DNA of 62,519 bases, filler included. It is 13 parts of 13 records of this genome, joined end to end, with 100 filler letters (N's around TTAATTAATTAA, not from the genome) between each part and the next. Parts side by side here need not be neighbours in the genome. Positions count along the whole stretch, not along the records: positions 58,394 to 62,519 come from SRR9188676_2912; 12 more parts are not named here. The stretch is one strand, 5' to 3'. Every line of letters begins with the position of its first letter. Position 1 is the stretch's first letter. The notes under the pieces are model-generated. The model had not been told where the DNA came from and made no database searches. It saw nothing but the letters and a program-made list of their open reading frames with translations. The translations under genes were made by a program, and so were the position numbers. Below, one piece after another: positions 58,562 through 62,519 of this stretch.

Positions 58562-61500
58562 ACTAGCGGCGGTGACGCAGTGACCATGACGCGGTCCTCA
58601 GGCCAGACGTCTCAGCTGACGGACAACGGCGACGGCACGTACAGCACCAGCTTCTCCACCACCACTGCGGGCGACTACACGCTGACCTTCACCGTGAACG
58701 GCGTGGCCATGACGTCTTCCCTGACGGCCAAGGTTGTTGCGGCTGACATCGACGCGTCCGTGTCCCAGGTGTCTGTCAACACCATCGCCGCCACTGCCGG
58801 TGTGCAGATGCACGTCGCCGTGAGCGTGTACGACCGCTACATGAACCCCGTGTACTCTGACGGCTCGCTGCCCAGCTCCCTCTTCGTGCTCACCACCAGC
58901 CCGTCTGGCTACGGCGAGGCTGAGTTCGTGCCAGCCTCTGGCACCGGCACCTCTCGCCCCTACGAGATCCGCTTCACCATGCGCACCGTGGGCACGTACA
59001 CCATGACCCTGGCCTACAACGGTGTCATCCTGCAGAACTCTCCCCTGACCGCCACCATCTCTTCCGCGCCGATCTCGTACTTCCGCGTGTCCGACCCGAG
59101 CGGCTACCTCAGCAAGAAGTCGTTCCCCGCCAACACGGCCGTGTCCTTTGACGTGTACCCCTACGACCAGTACGACAACCAGGTGCCGTCCTTCACTCAG
59201 ACCGACTACACCCTGCACGCCTCCACCTTCGAGACCACCTCTGGTGCCAACGTGAGCTACGCCACCACGTCTACCACCACAAAATTCACCGCCAGCTACA
59301 CGTTCACCAAGGCCGGCACGTACAACACCAACCTGTGGGTCAGCAATGCTACCAACTACATCACCGTGTACAACAGCCCGTACACTGCCGCGACCATCAT
59401 CACGCCCCTGGACATGGACTACGACACCACTGTGCTGTCCGGCTGGGGCCTGAGCAGCGCTGGAGTGCGAGATGACGCCACCACCACGGGCCTCGTGTAC
59501 ATCCTGCCCAAGGATGTGTATGAGAACGTGCTGACATCGCAGCTCACTCTGAGCCTGTTCACGATGCGCTTGGTCAACGCCGACACTGGCAGTGTGATGT
59601 CCACCACGTCCACTACCACGGTGGGCACCAACGACCTCGGCCAGAACCTGTACAGCCTGCAGTACACCATCCCTATCCTGACCACCGACACCACCGCAAC
59701 CCTCAGCATCTTCTACAATGCCCAGCAGCTCGGACCGGACTACACTGTGTCCCTCGTGACCAGCCTTGTGTTCAATGCCACCGCCAGCACCGTGGTTGGG
59801 TCCGGTGTGACCTACCTCGGCCCCACTGCCGGGTCCACCACCACCTTCGTCATCACCCCGCGTACCACGTCTGGCACCCCGATCCCCAAGGACACACACA
59901 CCTTCACTGCCTCCTACACCATCGACGGCAGCTCCACCGTGTACACCCCCACCCTGCTGTACGACTCGGCCACGGGCCAGACCACTGGTTCCTACATGGT
60001 GACCACCACGTCCTTCATCACCATGACCGTCACCACCGTGGACGGCGGCGTCACCTACCACCTGTCCGGCTCTCCCTTCCGATTCCGCGCCCGCTCTAGC
60101 ACCATGTCAGCCTCCACCTCCACCCTAGACTACACCGAGGCGCAGATCACCCCCACCGCGGGCGTGAGCCAGGACTTTGTTGTCACGCCTCGTGACGTGT
60201 ACGGCAACCGCGTGATGTATCAGACCACTACCGCCGCGGACAACATCACGGCTACCTTCGTGGGGTCTGCGTCCATCTCCCGCACCATCCTGCGCGACAA
60301 CACCACCCAGGACTATCACATCGCCTTCCGCCCGACTCTGTCCGGCCTGTACACGCTGACCGTTGCGCTGTGCACCACCACCACATGCACCACCCTGTCC
60401 AACGGTGCCATGCAGTTCTTCGTTGTCGCTGGCGCGTCCGACCCAACCCGCACCCAGTCTACCGGTAACGGTCTGACCACGGGTGGAGCCGGCTCCGTGC
60501 GTACCATCTCGGTCTTCACCTACGACTCATACGGCAACCCCACTGCCTACTCCACCGACTCCTTCAGCGTCTCTCTGGTGCCCCAAGTCTCTGACTCTGG
60601 CTCCACTCTGACCAACACGTCCGTGTGGAACACCGACACCCAGGCGCACATCCTCACATACTCCCTGACGCTCGCAGGGAACTACAACCTGACTGTCAGC
60701 ATGCTTGCCGCAGCCACCGGCACCGTGGGGTCCACCCGTACCGTGACCATCACCGCCGGCACACCCTATGCCTCTTACACCTATGCCACAGGCAGCATGT
60801 ACTCTCTCACTGCGGTCAACACCACCTCCACCTTCAGCATCTTCGTGCGTGACATGTACATGAACGCCGTGACCGACAACACCGCGTCCCTGGCCGTGCA
60901 GCTCCGTGCCTCTGTGCGTAACACTGTGCCCGATTTCCGTGCGCAGAGCATCACATGGCGCGGCAGCGGCGAGTACCTTGTGACCTACTCTACCACCAAG
61001 GCCGCCACCTACATCACATCCGTGACGCTCGCGTCCCTGTCCATCTCCAACTCAGGCACCAACCTCGAAGTGGAGCCAGGCGTGCTCTCGGCGTCCGGCT
61101 CAGTGGCCACCGTGTCGTCCTCCATCGTGGCCAGCACCACCGCCGCGACCTTCTCCATCTCTCCTCGCGATGCCTTTGGCAACGTGCTCTCGTCTGTCAC
61201 TTCCAACACCTTCTTCGCCACCATCTCCGGCCCTCAGTCCGCGTCCGTGACCATGACCACCTCCACTACCGGCGAGTTCACCCTCACCACGGCAGGCAGC
61301 TACACGCTGTCCGTGACGTACGGCAACACAGCCATCTCCGGCAGCCCCTATGCATTCACTGTCACCGCCGCTGATCTCAGCACATTCAGAAGCTCGTACA
61401 GCGTCGGGTCTGCAACCTTGGCGGCTGGGTCCAACCAGGTCATCACCGTGCTCGCCCGCGACATGTTCAACAACGCCAAGACACTGGATCTGAGCCAGGT

Positions 61501-62519
61501 CTCTGGCTCCGTGACCTCTAGCACATCTCTGAGCTTCCAGGCCACTGCTGCCAAGACCGCCACTGTCGGCACCTACACGCTGACCGTGATGCCCACACTC
61601 GCCAGCACATACACCACCGCTGTGGTTCTTGCCGGTCAGACTCTGACTGATGCCACCACGTTCACGGTGACATTCGGTGCGCTATCCCCCGCCCAGTCCT
61701 CCGTGACCCTCAGCGGCCTCAACAGCGTGGTTGCCGGCACCCAGTCCGACTTCTATCTGTACGTGGCCGATGCGTACGGCAACAAGATCTCCGGCAGCGC
61801 GCCCAGCTCCACCATCACGACCACCATGTCGTCCTCGAGCGCCTCCGTGCCTGTCACAGTGCTCTGGACCGGCGAGCGCTACGAGGGGTCAGCCACTGCC
61901 ACAGTGTCTGGCGTGTACAAGGTGCGCGTGACCGTGGACAGCGTGGTCGCGCAGGGTACCCCCTACGACATGACCATCTACCCCGGCCCCACTGCAACCT
62001 CTATGGCCAAGTACACTGGCTCAGGCCTCACGGGTGGTCTCACCGACTACAACCTCATGATCAACGTCTTCACTTTTGATTCGTACGGCAACTTGCGCAA
62101 CGACACCAGCGACGAGGTCTCCTTCACCTTGCAAGAGGTGGACTCCTTTGGCAGCGCTGTGGGCGATGTTGCCGTGTTCAATGGCGTGGCCTGGTCCGCT
62201 GGCATCTACAACATCACCTACACGCGTACCGCCGCTGCTGCCACCTCCTATGTGGGCTATTTGTACGTCAATGACGCTGCTATTGCGTCCAACATGGACG
62301 TGCTGATCTACTCCAACTCTGCCGAGGCGCACATCTCGCCGACGCTGACCCGTATCACGGGTGCCGACACGGTCAGTGCCGGGAAGACCGCCACCTTCAT
62401 CATCGAGCCTCGCACTGACCAGGACGTCTCTCTTGCCGGCGCCGGCTGCGACTCTGTGCCTGCCTCGTCGCCCTTCGTGCCCAACTTCTTCATGGGCGAC
62501 ACCAACATCACGCCCACTC
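58562..62519 (+). CDS. Giant filamin/ABP280 (Ig-like) repeat protein; one internal exon of about 1319 codons, open at both ends
   Basis: Follows a polypyrimidine tract and CAG acceptor. About 13 Thr/Ser/Val-rich repeats of ~100-115 aa with DNGDGTY, (R/Y)DxYGN and GSP(F/Y) motifs. Absent from the ORF track, apparently because it does not close before the window end; frame checked at several points. Confidence 0.88.

Noticed and set aside
58598..60061. 487-aa Gly/Val-rich minus-strand ORF
   Set aside because: Antisense shadow of the plus-strand filamin-repeat exon.

Overview
This window is not one locus. It is 13 contigs joined by artificial 100-nt spacers (44 N + TTAATTAATTAA + 44 N). Twelve contigs look eukaryotic, apparently from an aerobic, intron-rich microbial eukaryote using the standard code and GT-AG introns (one of them carries only intronless genes, so its origin is less certain). 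By manual splicing they encode a PhyH-family dioxygenase, CMC4, a Cav-type channel (domain IV), two intronless divergent ankyrin paralogs, a GRAM-GRAM-TBC RabGAP, HAT1, an ADCY10-like helical C-terminus, ARL5, a decayed hAT transposase, ERCC8/CSA, a bromodomain protein with a WIN-like motif, a PXA-PX sorting nexin, SRRT/Ars2 and a giant filamin-repeat protein missed by the ORF track. One contig (45348-56122) is a high-GC bacterial fragment, probably betaproteobacterial (Comamonadaceae-like): GntR, tRNA-Ser, SPFH/NfeD, a basic amino acid decarboxylase, a Lig E-type DNA ligase, fabI and yejABEF. I cannot demonstrate a complete new system. The best leads are decayed copies of the IVS3-S4 exon start inside a channel intron, six head-to-head gene pairs with a 5'-to-3' gradient in intron length and GC3, copia-like LTR starts in introns at two contig breaks, the ankyrin pair with a shared unknown C-terminal domain, and a possible bromodomain-bearing SET1/MLL-like protein. 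All identifications come from recognising motifs by eye; no database search was run.
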